From: Candidatus Ozemobacteraceae bacterium
GTDB lineage: Bacteria; Muiribacteriota; Ozemobacteria; Ozemobacterales; Ozemobacteraceae
DNA: 64,000 nt
Assembly (NCBI GenBank): GCA_965140445.1
Contig: OZ223236.1
Span: forward strand, 1,280,001 to 1,344,000
Direction of reading: 5' to 3'
Positions within the stretch are counted from its first letter, which is position 1. Every line of letters begins with the position of its first letter. Shown here in pieces: positions 10,001 to 19,766 of this stretch. Made by a program: the position numbers and the translations under genes. The notes beneath the pieces are model-generated. The model made no database searches, was not told where the DNA came from, and saw only the letters and a program-made list of their open reading frames with translations.

Positions 10001-13000
10001 ATGCAATTTTGACAGATCCATATCAGAACCCTCTTGAAGGTTTTACTGGAACTTTGAACTTCAACTACACTGATCCAGCGGTTTCTGGGCCTGCCAATTA
10101 CACCTATCTGGATTTTGAAGACGGATCACATAGATTTTTGAATCAGGTGCGTTCTACCCAACTGGGCAGTTTTACTATTGAAGCCACAGAACCTGTTTCT
10201 GGAGCGACTACAACCAGTCCTCTTATTAATGTAATCAGTGGAGATACTGGCAACTTCAGTATTATTCCTTCGAGCATTTCTATCAGTGCCGGGGATACCT
10301 TTTTGTTCAACATTACCGCATCCGACACTTCTGGAAACCTGAATGTGCTTTATAACGGTAGCGTGAGATTCTCGACTCTGGATACTCAAGCTGTTTTGCC
10401 TGCTGACTCAACCCTGATAAATGGGGCAGGGGCTTTTAATGCTACTTTTAAAACCGAAGGCGTTTTTGAATTGTCTGCGCGTGATACTCGAGATCCTGGT
10501 ATTGTTGGAACGATGAGTGTGACTGTTGTAGCTTCAACTCCTTCCACGCTTGAGTTAGAAATTCAGGACCCGGATTTGATTGTCGATGCCGGGGTTCCTT
10601 TCCCATATTTACTGCATGTTAAGGATGCATTTGGAAACCACGCGAGTTATACCGGCAATATTGAAGTTTCAAGCAAGGATTCACATGTCTCTGCAGACCA
10701 TGTAACGAATTTCGTTTTCACCAATGAGAGCATAAAAAGTGATAACTGGACTTTAATCACTGCAGGTGTTCAGGATTTACTTGCAACAGGAACCGTGTTT
10801 CAGGATACTTTCAGTGAGCGCGTTGTTGTCAATGCTGGTGCTCCTGATCATATTGCCGGAGATTTCCCAAATAGCGTTTATTCAGAATTTTATTACCCAT
10901 TCAAAGTTAGAATTGAAGATGTTTACGGTAACCCGACACCTTCGTATACAGACACTATAACTCCCGTCAGCAGCGGTCCAAGCTTTGCCAGAGAGCCAAA
11001 TAATCACGCTTTTTCTTCAGGAGATAATGGAGAATATGTCTTTAACCTCCAGTGGGACAGAGGAACGGGGAACCCTATTACTACAAACCTGACTTTTCAG
11101 GATTCCGGGGTGTTGGCCGATCTCACTTTTCCTGTCCTGGTAGATTGCCCCAGAAGTAATAATCCGGTGGGTGTATTGGCAAACTTCTGGCTCTCAAGAC
11201 CAGATCGCAGGGTAATTGCCTCGGAACCTTTTGGTATGACAATTAGGGCGAGTACCGGCCGTGACAGACTCGCAACGGTTTCTGTGACTGTTGAATTTGA
11301 TATTTCGCAAGGTGATTTCTGGGTAAATGATGGCGGTGGCTGGCAGAAAACCATCACTTTAACTAATGAATCTCAGAAAAGTTTTCAAGCAATGGTTACC
11401 AGGACTGGATATCTCGCGGTTATTGCAAAATCACAGGCAGAACCACTAAAAACAGGAACCGTAAGTTTTGTTTCAAGGCCAAACAAAATGGATTCTCTCA
11501 CAATTACAGCTGATACTCCTCAAATGGCTGGTAAAAAGTTTCCTTTTGTCGCTGAATGGTGGGATGTTTGCAAAAATTATGCAGAAATGGCCACTGAAAC
11601 GGTTACTTTAAGCGCAACTTCTGTTGGCCCAAATACACTTGAGCCGACAGAGTTAGTTCCAACCGGCTGGAAAGGGAAGTTTGATGCTTCTATAACTTCT
11701 GGCAGATGGACAGATAAAAAATTCTGGGCTTCCAATGCTGAATCTAATATCAACCACGATAAATTGCTCAATGAAATTAGTATTTTAGGGTTGTATGACG
11801 AAGATTTTACAGATGGAGAGCTTGATAACCCAAATTGGCAGGTGATGATTCAGCAGGGCGACAATTTTAGCGAAGCCTGTGTTGGTTCTCATAGCTTGAA
11901 TGGTGGGTGCTTGTACATTGAAACATCTGGCGATGGAAATCTTTTTGATGACACTGCTCAAAACGATTACCAGGAAAGTGACATTGATGACGGCTATTAC
12001 TTTCTGTATCAACCCTGGCCGGCTACTGATACCTATGATTTTGATGCCAGATTATATGTGTTGAGATACTGGTATGACACCATCAAACGAACCAATCAGT
12101 CTATGGTTGGGATTATGATTCGCGACAGCAGCCATGCTCTGGAGCCTCGATATATTTGTGCCCAGTTGCAGAACACAACTAATAGCGGTGATTTCAATAT
12201 GAACACCACTAGTCAGGTTACCTACAGAAATACTCCAGATGGTGCTGTTTATCGCGGAAAAAATAATACCAGTGATGGTAACTCCGGAACTCATCCTAAG
12301 TGGCTCAGAATTAGACGCTTGACCGCAACTTCATTTGAGGGGGCCCAATCTAATGATGAGGTCGTCTGGGACAATTTTACATCAAAGATGCCAACCGCAG
12401 TAAATATTTCTCTTGGCAGTCCCCAAATGCTCGGGATCGCAGTCTGTGCAGACAGCACTGTTTACCCGGGAATAGGCTGGTTTACAAAATTCAAGGTTAA
12501 TCGGTATTATCCGCAAGGTATCTACGAGTCAGTAATTCATGACGTTGGCACCTCAACGGTAACCTTTAACCAGATCAGTTTGCTTGCAACTAAACCAGGG
12601 GGCACACAGGTTGTTGTCGAAGTTCGCGCCAGCAATAATCCTGCAGCAATGGGTGGCTGGACAAGTCTTGGAAACGTTACGAACGCCAGCATTAATCTTG
12701 GCGCACTCAATAATCGCAGATACTTTCAATACCGCCTAACATTGAATCCAAATACCGTTGCAGCGGGCGTTTATGATGCGACCCCTGTTGTTAGTCAAGT
12801 TGATATAACCTACGACATCAATCCGATTGGCCATATTTTTGAAGGGCGCGAAACAGTTACTCTGAATGCTTCTACTACTTTCCCGGCTATAGACGTTGGA
12901 ACATGCAGCGTTGAAATTAAAGGTGGGGATGTTGCGAGTCTTTCAATTACGGTTCCAGCCTCATGTATTGCTGGTGAACCTTTTACTATAAGCGTTTCTG

Positions 13001-16000
13001 CTCTTGACGCTTTTGGGAATATTGCTGATGATGCTTCAGGTTCGTGGAGCTTTACTACTTCTGATGGATCGCCTTATCCAGGGGTGGTTCCTCAAGCTTA
13101 TATCCTTGTGCCCGTTGCCGATAAAGGCCAGCATACCTTCCATAAAAGCTCTATTTTATATAATGGTCCAACAGCTACTATTAGCGTAACTGACGGAAAT
13201 ATTATTGCTACATCTTCTCCAATAGTGGTTAACCCGGGTTTATTAAAAGAATTTGGAGTATATGCAGATTCTCCACAAATTGCCAGCACCAGTTTTGAGG
13301 TTGGAGTTACCGCTTATGACCTATATGACAATGTTAAAAGTGATTATGCGGGAACGGTGACCTTTTATGACGACAAAACTGGAGGAAGCAGCCGATATGT
13401 TCCTTCAAGTATAGCCCCCGGCGATTGGCTTGGCGGAGTTGCAACCTTAAGCCCGGGTGTTTCTTTTACCAAGGTTGAAACCGTTCATGTTTCTGCTCAA
13501 GGCGACTATCGTAGTGGAACATCTAATCCTATTGAGATAAACTCAGCCACTTCATCTGCTCTTATGCTAACAGTTAGCACCACCCAGCCTGAAGCTGGTG
13601 TTCCTTTTTCTCTAAATGTAATGGCTGTAGATAACTTTGGAAACCAGGCAAACACTTACACTGGCACGGTAAAGTTTAGCGTTACAGATGCTCATGGTAG
13701 TGTTGTGATGCCAGCTGATTATAATTTTATTCCGGCGGATAACGGCCTGCATCTCTGGGTTAATGCTGCAACACTTATTACACCTGGTTTGCAGACAATC
13801 CGGGTAGAGGATTCTGTTGATCCAACCATGTTTTCCGAAGTTCCAGTAGTTGTTTTACCTGGACCAATTGCCAACTTTAAACTTGAATGCTCGGCTACAC
13901 AAACAGCCAATGTTCCGTTTAACCTTTTGATTACAGCTTACGATGCATACGGAAACCCAAAAACTAACTTTTCAGAAGCGGTGACTTTGTCTTCAACCTT
14001 TGATTCTATTTTGCCTGTAACTGCTGGCGGTTTTTCGAATGGCCAGTTGCTTATTCCTTCTACAGAAATAGATCACTCTGTTTTGCCGATCACAGGTCAG
14101 ATAGATGTTAACTATGGAAGTGCCATAGGAACTCTTTCAGTGACCATATTGCCGTCATCAGCTATTTATGATCACATTTTTATGGAAGCAATTCCGGATG
14201 ACCCATCAGCGGGAGACGCGTTTAAACTTACCATTAAAACGGTTGGAGCTGATGGAGCTGTTTTTACAGGTTATAGCGGCGTTGGCGTTGATTTGACCGC
14301 AAGTAATCCTTTTGGAATCGAAGTAGTTCCTCCCATGTCTCCAGATGAAGCCATTAATTTTGATCTGGGTGTTAAAGAGGTTTATGCCCGAATCTGGGAA
14401 GCCGGCACCATAACAATTTGGGCACATGATAAGACTCTTGGTAAGGTTGGCTCCTTAACAATTGAAGTTTTGCCAACAAATCTTTCATATTTTTCTGTGA
14501 TTCCAGGAACCTCTACAACAAGTCTTTATCCGAATGTTTACTATCAGAATGTTGGGGCAAGCTTTCCGCTTTATTTAGGTGCCTACGATAGTATCGACAA
14601 TCTGAAAACAGATTACTCCGGTAATGTAACCCTTACGCATAATGGAACAGGAACTTACAGCGTTGCTTCGGTTACATTTGAGAATGGAGTGGCAACAGTT
14701 CCCGCTGCTTTTTACGATGACTTTGGCCGAATAAGAATTACTGCCTATGACTCATTGCTTGATAGAAAAGGTATTTCAAACTACATATACTTTTTTGGCC
14801 CGCTCGCTGAATTTAACTTAGACTATGGTTTGCATCAAAGTGATGAGACTCCGTTTTTATTAACTGTTACTGCTTATGACACTTTTGGACAGCTAAAGCT
14901 AAACTGCATGGATACAACTAGTATCAGTAATATTTCTTTTACACCTGGATCAATTAGCCCTGTGACTATATCACCAATGGCTCCTAATCTAGTCTGGAAT
15001 AACGGGGTGTCATATGAGTGGATTACCCCGGACCGAAAAGACGGTGGAGTTAATGATGCTACTGCCAGTTTCAGATTAGATTCTAACGAAACCGCCGGGG
15101 CCTCTGGAACCGCAACCTTCTATCTTAGAAAGCAAGGAGCTGGAGCAGACCATTTTATAATTGAGACTTACTCTCCACAGGTAGCAGGTGAGCCTTTTCC
15201 TATGCTTGTAAAAGCCGTTAACTCATCAAATCAGATTGACACCTCCTGGACAGGAACTGTTCAACTTACGGCGACTGATACCACAACTGGACTGGGATAC
15301 CCGCTTGTTCCATCTGTTGTTACTATTAATGCAGGTGATAATGGTGTTTACTCCAATAGCGCTATGATTATTAATAATGCTGCTACTTACACATTATCAG
15401 CCAATTACGGGGCAATGAATGGCACATTTACTCCGTTCCTTGTCAAGCAAAGACCAGTCAGTAAGCTTGTTTTGAATGTTCCGCAATTTGCGCCGCTAAA
15501 TGAAGATTTTCAAATGACCATTTCTGCTTATACTGATAGCGGTACTTTGAAAACGGATTATGTCCCGGAAGGGCCAATTTTGTTAAAGCTGAACGCTACC
15601 GCAACCGGGATTCTGGGAATCCAGTTTATTGACCCGTCCGAATTTGTTGGCGGAATAGCTACAATTTCTACTCAGGATTATAATAAGAGCCAGAGAATCT
15701 TTATTTATGCTAATGAGCCATATCTAAACAAGGCATTTATTGGTGGCCCGATTGATGTTTTTGGAATTCCTACCAAGTTGATTTTGCAGCCTCTTGATGG
15801 TTCATCGCCGCCAGTGGTAGACCCTTCGCGAGATTTTTTCTGGATGCAGTTTTTCCAGGTCCGGGCTACGGTAAAAGACTCAAATGGATTTACGGTTGCC
15901 AATTTTGACGAAGATTTGTATTTCCAGATGAAACCGGGGTTAGCTCCACCAACAGCCGCAGACGCAACTATCGTTGGAGGCTATGATATGCAGCATTTCA

Positions 16001-16959
16001 ATTCGAGTAGTAATGGTGTTCAGGATTTCATATTCAAAGTGAATTACTCAACTATGGTTACTCCAATCAATTTACGGATGGTAGGTAGTTTCACCTATGG
16101 AATGTCTACTGTCAGTAAAGAAATTGGAGATTTACCATTCCACAAAATCATTGTTTTTGATCACTATGAGATAACAACACCAGATGAAACATCTGGAGTA
16201 GTTAAGGGAGCAACTTTTACTTTCTCAATAAATGCTGTTGATAACTTTGACAATCCAATTGTTTTGGCATCAGCGCCTAACTTTACCTGGGCCCATACTT
16301 ATCCGGCAACTTCACCAACTAATCTTTTTGTTTGGCCTCCAACTGGTGGAATAGCCTTTCCGAATGTATCAACCGTAAATGTAAGTGCTTTTATTGATTA
16401 TGACGATGATTCCATCACCAGTTTTACTTTTACAATTACCCCTGAAGATGGAACGGTCGGCTCGGATAGTGTCAATTTTCCTGTAAAACTTGGCGATCCA
16501 AGAGTTAGCACGGAGCTTTTTGATATTGAACCTTCGCAAAGATATGTTTTAAGTATGTATATAAAGACTTTAGACGGAATCACAACCGGAACAGCAATAG
16601 TTGAAGCCGCTTTGTATCAGGCCGGGGCAACTAAAGTAACAGATGCATACAAGAAACTTGCTGATCTGACCCCTGAAAATTCACCGGCAAGTGGAACTGC
16701 AGCTGCTGGCTATAGCAATGGCTGGCACGGCTGGAAAAGGTATTACTGGTATTTCGATACGGATGTGGACACACCTTTAATTTCAATTCGTCTTGGTTCA
16801 AACGCTGGAGAAGTATTGATTGACGGTATACAGCTTGAAAAAGCAGCAAACCCCGCAGCACCCTTCCCATCAAAGTATAGCCCACACCCTCTTAATATTA
16901 TTCACCCAACAATAGATGGTAGAACTGGTGTCACTGGAGGAGAATACTGGAAAAAATAG
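7027..16959 (+). CDS. Giant (3310 aa) secreted surface protein, copy 2: signal peptide, DUF2341-like domain, CBM-like domain, many Ig-like repeats, ConA/LamG-like domain, C-terminal CBM-like module
   Basis: GAGG RBS and a hydrophobic signal peptide. DUF2341-like motif GDLRLV...YWLYYGNPNA. The RY[LF]Q.R..L....TPV motif occurs twice. Repeated D[AR][FY]GN modules. Confidence 0.9.
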   Translation: MRNKEIFIIFSVLALFLFFPLTEVLSASKVLTSQADFAAGSVSQLIDADVDGNPKDYLRLINTNPGVDGTPGDKLAPGSGRVFAFKRHIPLTETRGRDRFLEKVQLNIEQISGAKENWGDLRLVNSAGNFVPFRILNFETPVDNPNSYVTLLFEAYASQSAVTDYWLYYGNPNATSVAVDNISPFYLRNHDFEDGSNNWAVCSASTLNANAVVLGLLDGVSILPSGYVGYESKGCLQAYYPEGGNDGTENGKWRAWSQTVTGPTADLYIATAYKKTYSGAYDKRLNTYLRHIQSGADSTTNIPAGVTDWTTQSLEFNTGGTRTFELAAGMYFGTSVDTGWRERGTYIDWIDVQPKYPLEKVLGIKESAGYNAVGSFTSAAIDTGIAAPQFGKITWIANTNSPGTSVYFQTRSGGSLAALNAAPWSANVNVNGADIPSANARYLQVRAFLETTDTAYTPVLDEIEVFFDLPATKLQVLTPANVTAGDYFDFRVTALDNFNATATTFVGNVTMYSVPAGVTFLPNVSYVFQPEDQGTALFQARKTNVGNFEIFATSVGLTDGASGNIVCGPGPVSQLVMVAPPGTVTAGNHFNINIEARDRYGNVDTNANLTLTSYCADPYPASITPAIQLTGGYATLPNTVLFTKPSQTIVLQAPSNGMEVQTSINVNAAATNKLRLAADPDQYQNVPFDLTVDAVDVYGNVTGYGAAYNLSLSAGAIAPNTGTLVSGTKTQSETIDTEGNITVSAVSGAFNGNMGIIVHPQTPAALDTFRVDAGSIQLAGVPFTLTIEALDEFLNLLPGYKGACRLDVSVGSITPEFTTGYSFLDGIMAIPVKVSGASETVVITVYDLKDNTKLGMTYITVQSSTLDHFDVTAPAALTAGASCTFEVRPRDSSGNLLTKYTGTISISNTSTGGDVLCPSIYTFQTSDNGVKTFTATEAARFTKAEVVRLRVEDAGRRGLSDFIEIMAASASPKIEIRPDKFTIELGESLSYNAILTDPYQNPLEGFTGTLNFNYTDPAVSGPANYTYLDFEDGSHRFLNQVRSTQLGSFTIEATEPVSGATTTSPLINVISGDTGNFSIIPSSISISAGDTFLFNITASDTSGNLNVLYNGSVRFSTLDTQAVLPADSTLINGAGAFNATFKTEGVFELSARDTRDPGIVGTMSVTVVASTPSTLELEIQDPDLIVDAGVPFPYLLHVKDAFGNHASYTGNIEVSSKDSHVSADHVTNFVFTNESIKSDNWTLITAGVQDLLATGTVFQDTFSERVVVNAGAPDHIAGDFPNSVYSEFYYPFKVRIEDVYGNPTPSYTDTITPVSSGPSFAREPNNHAFSSGDNGEYVFNLQWDRGTGNPITTNLTFQDSGVLADLTFPVLVDCPRSNNPVGVLANFWLSRPDRRVIASEPFGMTIRASTGRDRLATVSVTVEFDISQGDFWVNDGGGWQKTITLTNESQKSFQAMVTRTGYLAVIAKSQAEPLKTGTVSFVSRPNKMDSLTITADTPQMAGKKFPFVAEWWDVCKNYAEMATETVTLSATSVGPNTLEPTELVPTGWKGKFDASITSGRWTDKKFWASNAESNINHDKLLNEISILGLYDEDFTDGELDNPNWQVMIQQGDNFSEACVGSHSLNGGCLYIETSGDGNLFDDTAQNDYQESDIDDGYYFLYQPWPATDTYDFDARLYVLRYWYDTIKRTNQSMVGIMIRDSSHALEPRYICAQLQNTTNSGDFNMNTTSQVTYRNTPDGAVYRGKNNTSDGNSGTHPKWLRIRRLTATSFEGAQSNDEVVWDNFTSKMPTAVNISLGSPQMLGIAVCADSTVYPGIGWFTKFKVNRYYPQGIYESVIHDVGTSTVTFNQISLLATKPGGTQVVVEVRASNNPAAMGGWTSLGNVTNASINLGALNNRRYFQYRLTLNPNTVAAGVYDATPVVSQVDITYDINPIGHIFEGRETVTLNASTTFPAIDVGTCSVEIKGGDVASLSITVPASCIAGEPFTISVSALDAFGNIADDASGSWSFTTSDGSPYPGVVPQAYILVPVADKGQHTFHKSSILYNGPTATISVTDGNIIATSSPIVVNPGLLKEFGVYADSPQIASTSFEVGVTAYDLYDNVKSDYAGTVTFYDDKTGGSSRYVPSSIAPGDWLGGVATLSPGVSFTKVETVHVSAQGDYRSGTSNPIEINSATSSALMLTVSTTQPEAGVPFSLNVMAVDNFGNQANTYTGTVKFSVTDAHGSVVMPADYNFIPADNGLHLWVNAATLITPGLQTIRVEDSVDPTMFSEVPVVVLPGPIANFKLECSATQTANVPFNLLITAYDAYGNPKTNFSEAVTLSSTFDSILPVTAGGFSNGQLLIPSTEIDHSVLPITGQIDVNYGSAIGTLSVTILPSSAIYDHIFMEAIPDDPSAGDAFKLTIKTVGADGAVFTGYSGVGVDLTASNPFGIEVVPPMSPDEAINFDLGVKEVYARIWEAGTITIWAHDKTLGKVGSLTIEVLPTNLSYFSVIPGTSTTSLYPNVYYQNVGASFPLYLGAYDSIDNLKTDYSGNVTLTHNGTGTYSVASVTFENGVATVPAAFYDDFGRIRITAYDSLLDRKGISNYIYFFGPLAEFNLDYGLHQSDETPFLLTVTAYDTFGQLKLNCMDTTSISNISFTPGSISPVTISPMAPNLVWNNGVSYEWITPDRKDGGVNDATASFRLDSNETAGASGTATFYLRKQGAGADHFIIETYSPQVAGEPFPMLVKAVNSSNQIDTSWTGTVQLTATDTTTGLGYPLVPSVVTINAGDNGVYSNSAMIINNAATYTLSANYGAMNGTFTPFLVKQRPVSKLVLNVPQFAPLNEDFQMTISAYTDSGTLKTDYVPEGPILLKLNATATGILGIQFIDPSEFVGGIATISTQDYNKSQRIFIYANEPYLNKAFIGGPIDVFGIPTKLILQPLDGSSPPVVDPSRDFFWMQFFQVRATVKDSNGFTVANFDEDLYFQMKPGLAPPTAADATIVGGYDMQHFNSSSNGVQDFIFKVNYSTMVTPINLRMVGSFTYGMSTVSKEIGDLPFHKIIVFDHYEITTPDETSGVVKGATFTFSINAVDNFDNPIVLASAPNFTWAHTYPATSPTNLFVWPPTGGIAFPNVSTVNVSAFIDYDDDSITSFTFTITPEDGTVGSDSVNFPVKLGDPRVSTELFDIEPSQRYVLSMYIKTLDGITTGTAIVEAALYQAGATKVTDAYKKLADLTPENSPASGTAAAGYSNGWHGWKRYYWYFDTDVDTPLISIRLGSNAGEVLIDGIQLEKAANPAAPFPSKYSPHPLNIIHPTIDGRTGVTGGEYWKK

Positions 16960-17069
16960 TTTGGATTGCGGTAAATTAAATAAAGTGTATTTTTGTATAG
17001 AAAAGAGAAATCCTAGAGAGAAGAAAAAAAGATGTTTTCCTCGGTAAACGGGGACAGGTAGTAATTGTT

Positions 17070-17795
17070 TTGAATTCAGATAGAAATAAGCAATATTTAG
17101 TGTATTTGGTTTTGATTGTTTTGGTCCTGGGGGGATTATTTTATTTTTTATCAAAAATTATTAAGCCCGAGACCAGGATTTCATTGACCATGTCTGAAGA
17201 AGCTATTTTTGCATTAGCTGATTACAAAGTTAGTGTTTCCGAAGAAAAGATTTTTGAAGAAATGCGTTTAAAATTTCAGGAATTTGGCTTCATGCCCTGC
17301 TATCGAATGGCTTATCAAGAAATCCTGGGAAGATCAATCGACAGGTTTGAACGCAAATTTGCCTACGCAGCTTCTCTTTTAGTGCTTTCGGATAAACCTG
17401 TTAATACCAGAAATAGTAAGAAAAATGCCCTGCGGCTTTTTATCCATTTTGCGCGGCTAAATCTTCTTGATATGAATTTTGCAATCAGGTTCCAGAATTT
17501 TGCCAACAAGTTGATCCCGGCTTTTAATGATCCTGAGCTAAATAAGCTTTGGGAAAATTACTTAAGAAAGGTTTTTGGAAAATTCGCTAAACCAGAAATT
17601 GTCCAGATTGGCAAAATTCCTGAAAAGCTGGATGAATTTTTGAATCTTTCTAAAGGGCTAAAAATGAGCGCAGAAAATCTTATTAAGGCTAAGATAGCTA
17701 CCGACTCTTACCAGTATACCTATGAACTGATTCCCGGAAAATCAGGAGAAGAGGAAAGTGATTTTGTTCTAAAAAAAGTTACTACCGATCGTTAA
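17070..17795 (+). CDS. Hypothetical membrane-anchored protein
   Basis: 241-aa ORF with a single N-terminal TM helix (YLVYLVLIVLVLGGLFYFL). The TTG start is uncertain. Confidence 0.7.
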   Translation: MNSDRNKQYLVYLVLIVLVLGGLFYFLSKIIKPETRISLTMSEEAIFALADYKVSVSEEKIFEEMRLKFQEFGFMPCYRMAYQEILGRSIDRFERKFAYAASLLVLSDKPVNTRNSKKNALRLFIHFARLNLLDMNFAIRFQNFANKLIPAFNDPELNKLWENYLRKVFGKFAKPEIVQIGKIPEKLDEFLNLSKGLKMSAENLIKAKIATDSYQYTYELIPGKSGEEESDFVLKKVTTDR

Positions 17796-17816
17796 AAAAA
17801 TCTGATTAGCTCCTGA

Positions 17817-18581
17817 CTAAAGAGACCACTTTTTAAGCCCTTTGGCGAATAATTCATTAAGCTCAGGACCGTAGCTCCCATCTTTCATGTGGATAGTTAC
17901 ATTTGGGACCGGTTCATGCTTGCCATTATAAAACTTTTCAGCCTCTATAAGCGCAAGGTGGGATTCTTCGCCTTCTTTTGGAATAACGAACTGGAGTCTT
18001 TTTAAGCCAAGATTGTTATCCTTCAAATAGTTCACAACTTCATAAAAGCGGCTGCTTGGAATTACTAAAAAGAATTTTCCGCTGTAAGAAAGCATATATG
18101 AGGCTGAAGAGACAAAGTCTTCCAGAGTTCCATTCAGCTCATGGCGAGCCATTGCCCTGCCAGGTCTTGATGGTAGTCTGCCATTTCCCTTTGGAAAATA
18201 CGGCGGATTTGAACAGACCATGTCAAAAGATTCTGGCAAAATTCGGGAAGGAATATCTCTAATGTCCATATGTTCAAAGGACAAATCCGAAAAATCTGGA
18301 TTAAGTTTTAAATTCCTTTGTGATAATTCAAAGAAAGATTCCTGAATCTCAAACCCCGTAATTTGCAATTGCGCATGTCTGTATTTGAGCATGAATGACA
18401 ATATGCCGCTGCCCGAGCCCAGTTCAGCAGAAAAATTCATGTCCCGACTGAATTTTATGAAATTGGCTAAAAGCAGAGTATCGATTGCAAAGGCGGTGCC
18501 GTCAATCTTTTGAATGAGGCGGATATCTGTGCCTACAACCGTATCAAGTCGTTCGTCTGTGTCAATAAATGGCTGTTTCAT
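17817..18581 (-). CDS. yfiC: tRNA1(Val) adenine(37)-N6 methyltransferase family protein
   Basis: SAM-binding ELGSGSG, catalytic SNPPY, ARHE motif and N-terminal F.IDTLLLA typical of the YfiC/YabB family. Confidence 0.85.
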   Translation of the reverse strand: MKQPFIDTDERLDTVVGTDIRLIQKIDGTAFAIDTLLLANFIKFSRDMNFSAELGSGSGILSFMLKYRHAQLQITGFEIQESFFELSQRNLKLNPDFSDLSFEHMDIRDIPSRILPESFDMVCSNPPYFPKGNGRLPSRPGRAMARHELNGTLEDFVSSASYMLSYSGKFFLVIPSSRFYEVVNYLKDNNLGLKRLQFVIPKEGEESHLALIEAEKFYNGKHEPVPNVTIHMKDGSYGPELNELFAKGLKKWSL

Positions 18582-18641
18582 CGGTAGGGAAGTTTATAAC
18601 ACAAGGGGATTTCAGGCAATAACTAAATAATTTTGCAGAAA

Positions 18642-19766
18642 TTAAAATTCAAAAGCTGCTGAGATACTGTATCTTCTGTCTTCCTTGTCGCCTGGACGAT
18701 CGCCAAGCTCTTCCCCATATGTGGCGGCCTGAACCCTTGCGTCTCCCCAGTTAATAGAAATGCCCGCTGTGGGATATCCGCCATTAAAACCTGTCTGCAA
18801 AGAAACGTATTTTGAAAGTTTGGCGTCCATTCCAAGTCTGATCTTTGTCAGTGCTGAACCACCCTCCTGGGAATCAAAATAGTCTGCGGCAAGAGTCAGT
18901 TTGTCATTTCGTTCTGGTGGACCGGTCAATGGCTTAATCGCAAAGCCTAGACCAAACTGTCTTCGCATGTAACCAGCTTCTGCCGAAAATTCAGATTCAA
19001 GAATATTTCCGGCAAAAACGCCAAAGGAGGCTTGCCATGGGTTTGATAACTGCCATACAGCGCCAAGGTCAAAGTCAAAGGCTACTCCAGTATTATTGGC
19101 TTCTTTTACTTTTTCTTCATTCAATGCACCGAAGTCTCTTGAAAAAAAGGAATGATCCCCCGATTTTCTTGAAACAATTTTCAGGGTAGAACCCCACCAG
19201 CCAATAGCTCGATCTTGAAACAGATTTTGCCGTTCATTAAAGGATCTTGCTATTGATCCGGTTAGCATCGTGTCTTTATCAATTCTGCTGGTGAGAATTG
19301 GATTAGTTGGATTTTTAATGCTTAATTCCTCAGTTTCCCCATAATACATTCCTATTCCGAATCCTGTTGAACCAAGATAATAGGCCAGATTGGAAAAGTG
19401 CTGATAGCCAAATTTTCCCATTGAATCAAGAATGTTCTTATTGTTTGCCATTCTTGAAGCATTGGTTTCCGCTGAATTAAGGCTTTCAATGCTGGAATTA
19501 ACCGAATCGTAATCAATATTTCTATTTGCTGTTCCATTCAATAAAGAATAAGCGCTGGATGTTCGTTTTCCGAGGCCTGCAGGATTGCTGAAAAGCGATT
19601 GTTCATCGTCAACGACTGCAATGCATGCGCCGCCCATTCCCAAAGTTTTGGTGTTTTTATAGAAAACAGGCCTGGAAGAAGCGCCATGAAGATAAGGCGT
19701 TAAAAAGACCATAAATAACATTGATAGAGCTACTTTTTTGATTATGCTGAATTTTGAAGTCCTCAT
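18642..19766 (-). CDS. Outer-membrane beta-barrel protein (FadL/PorV/TraF-like superfamily)
   Basis: Signal peptide, N-terminal LGMGGA...D....F.NPAGL plug motif, amphipathic strands and terminal Phe (AAFEF). Confidence 0.75.
   Translation of the reverse strand: MRTSKFSIIKKVALSMLFMVFLTPYLHGASSRPVFYKNTKTLGMGGACIAVVDDEQSLFSNPAGLGKRTSSAYSLLNGTANRNIDYDSVNSSIESLNSAETNASRMANNKNILDSMGKFGYQHFSNLAYYLGSTGFGIGMYYGETEELSIKNPTNPILTSRIDKDTMLTGSIARSFNERQNLFQDRAIGWWGSTLKIVSRKSGDHSFFSRDFGALNEEKVKEANNTGVAFDFDLGAVWQLSNPWQASFGVFAGNILESEFSAEAGYMRRQFGLGFAIKPLTGPPERNDKLTLAADYFDSQEGGSALTKIRLGMDAKLSKYVSLQTGFNGGYPTAGISINWGDARVQAATYGEELGDRPGDKEDRRYSISAAFEF

Larger units (their letters stand above)
1..16959 (+). repeat. 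Tandem gene duplication, unit length 10,200 bp (1-6759 matches 10201-16959)
   Basis: The same offset holds at every point checked: 1/10201, 781/10981, 3601/13801, 6241/16441 and the stop codons at 6759/16959. Confidence 0.95.

Noticed and set aside
150..16885. Short ORFs that recur in both giant genes (e.g. 897-1166 and 11097-11357; 2804-2989 and 13004-13189)
   Set aside because: Their recurrence is a by-product of the gene duplication, not evidence of independent coding.
1..16959. Diversity-generating retroelement (template/variable repeat) explanation for the paralogue differences
   Set aside because: Differences are not adenine-specific, are mostly synonymous and span kilobases. No reverse transcriptase gene is present in the window.
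18642..19766. TraF-like barrel as evidence of a conjugative element
   Set aside because: No other tra/virB genes, relaxase or integrase are present, and the motif is shared by non-conjugative outer-membrane barrels.
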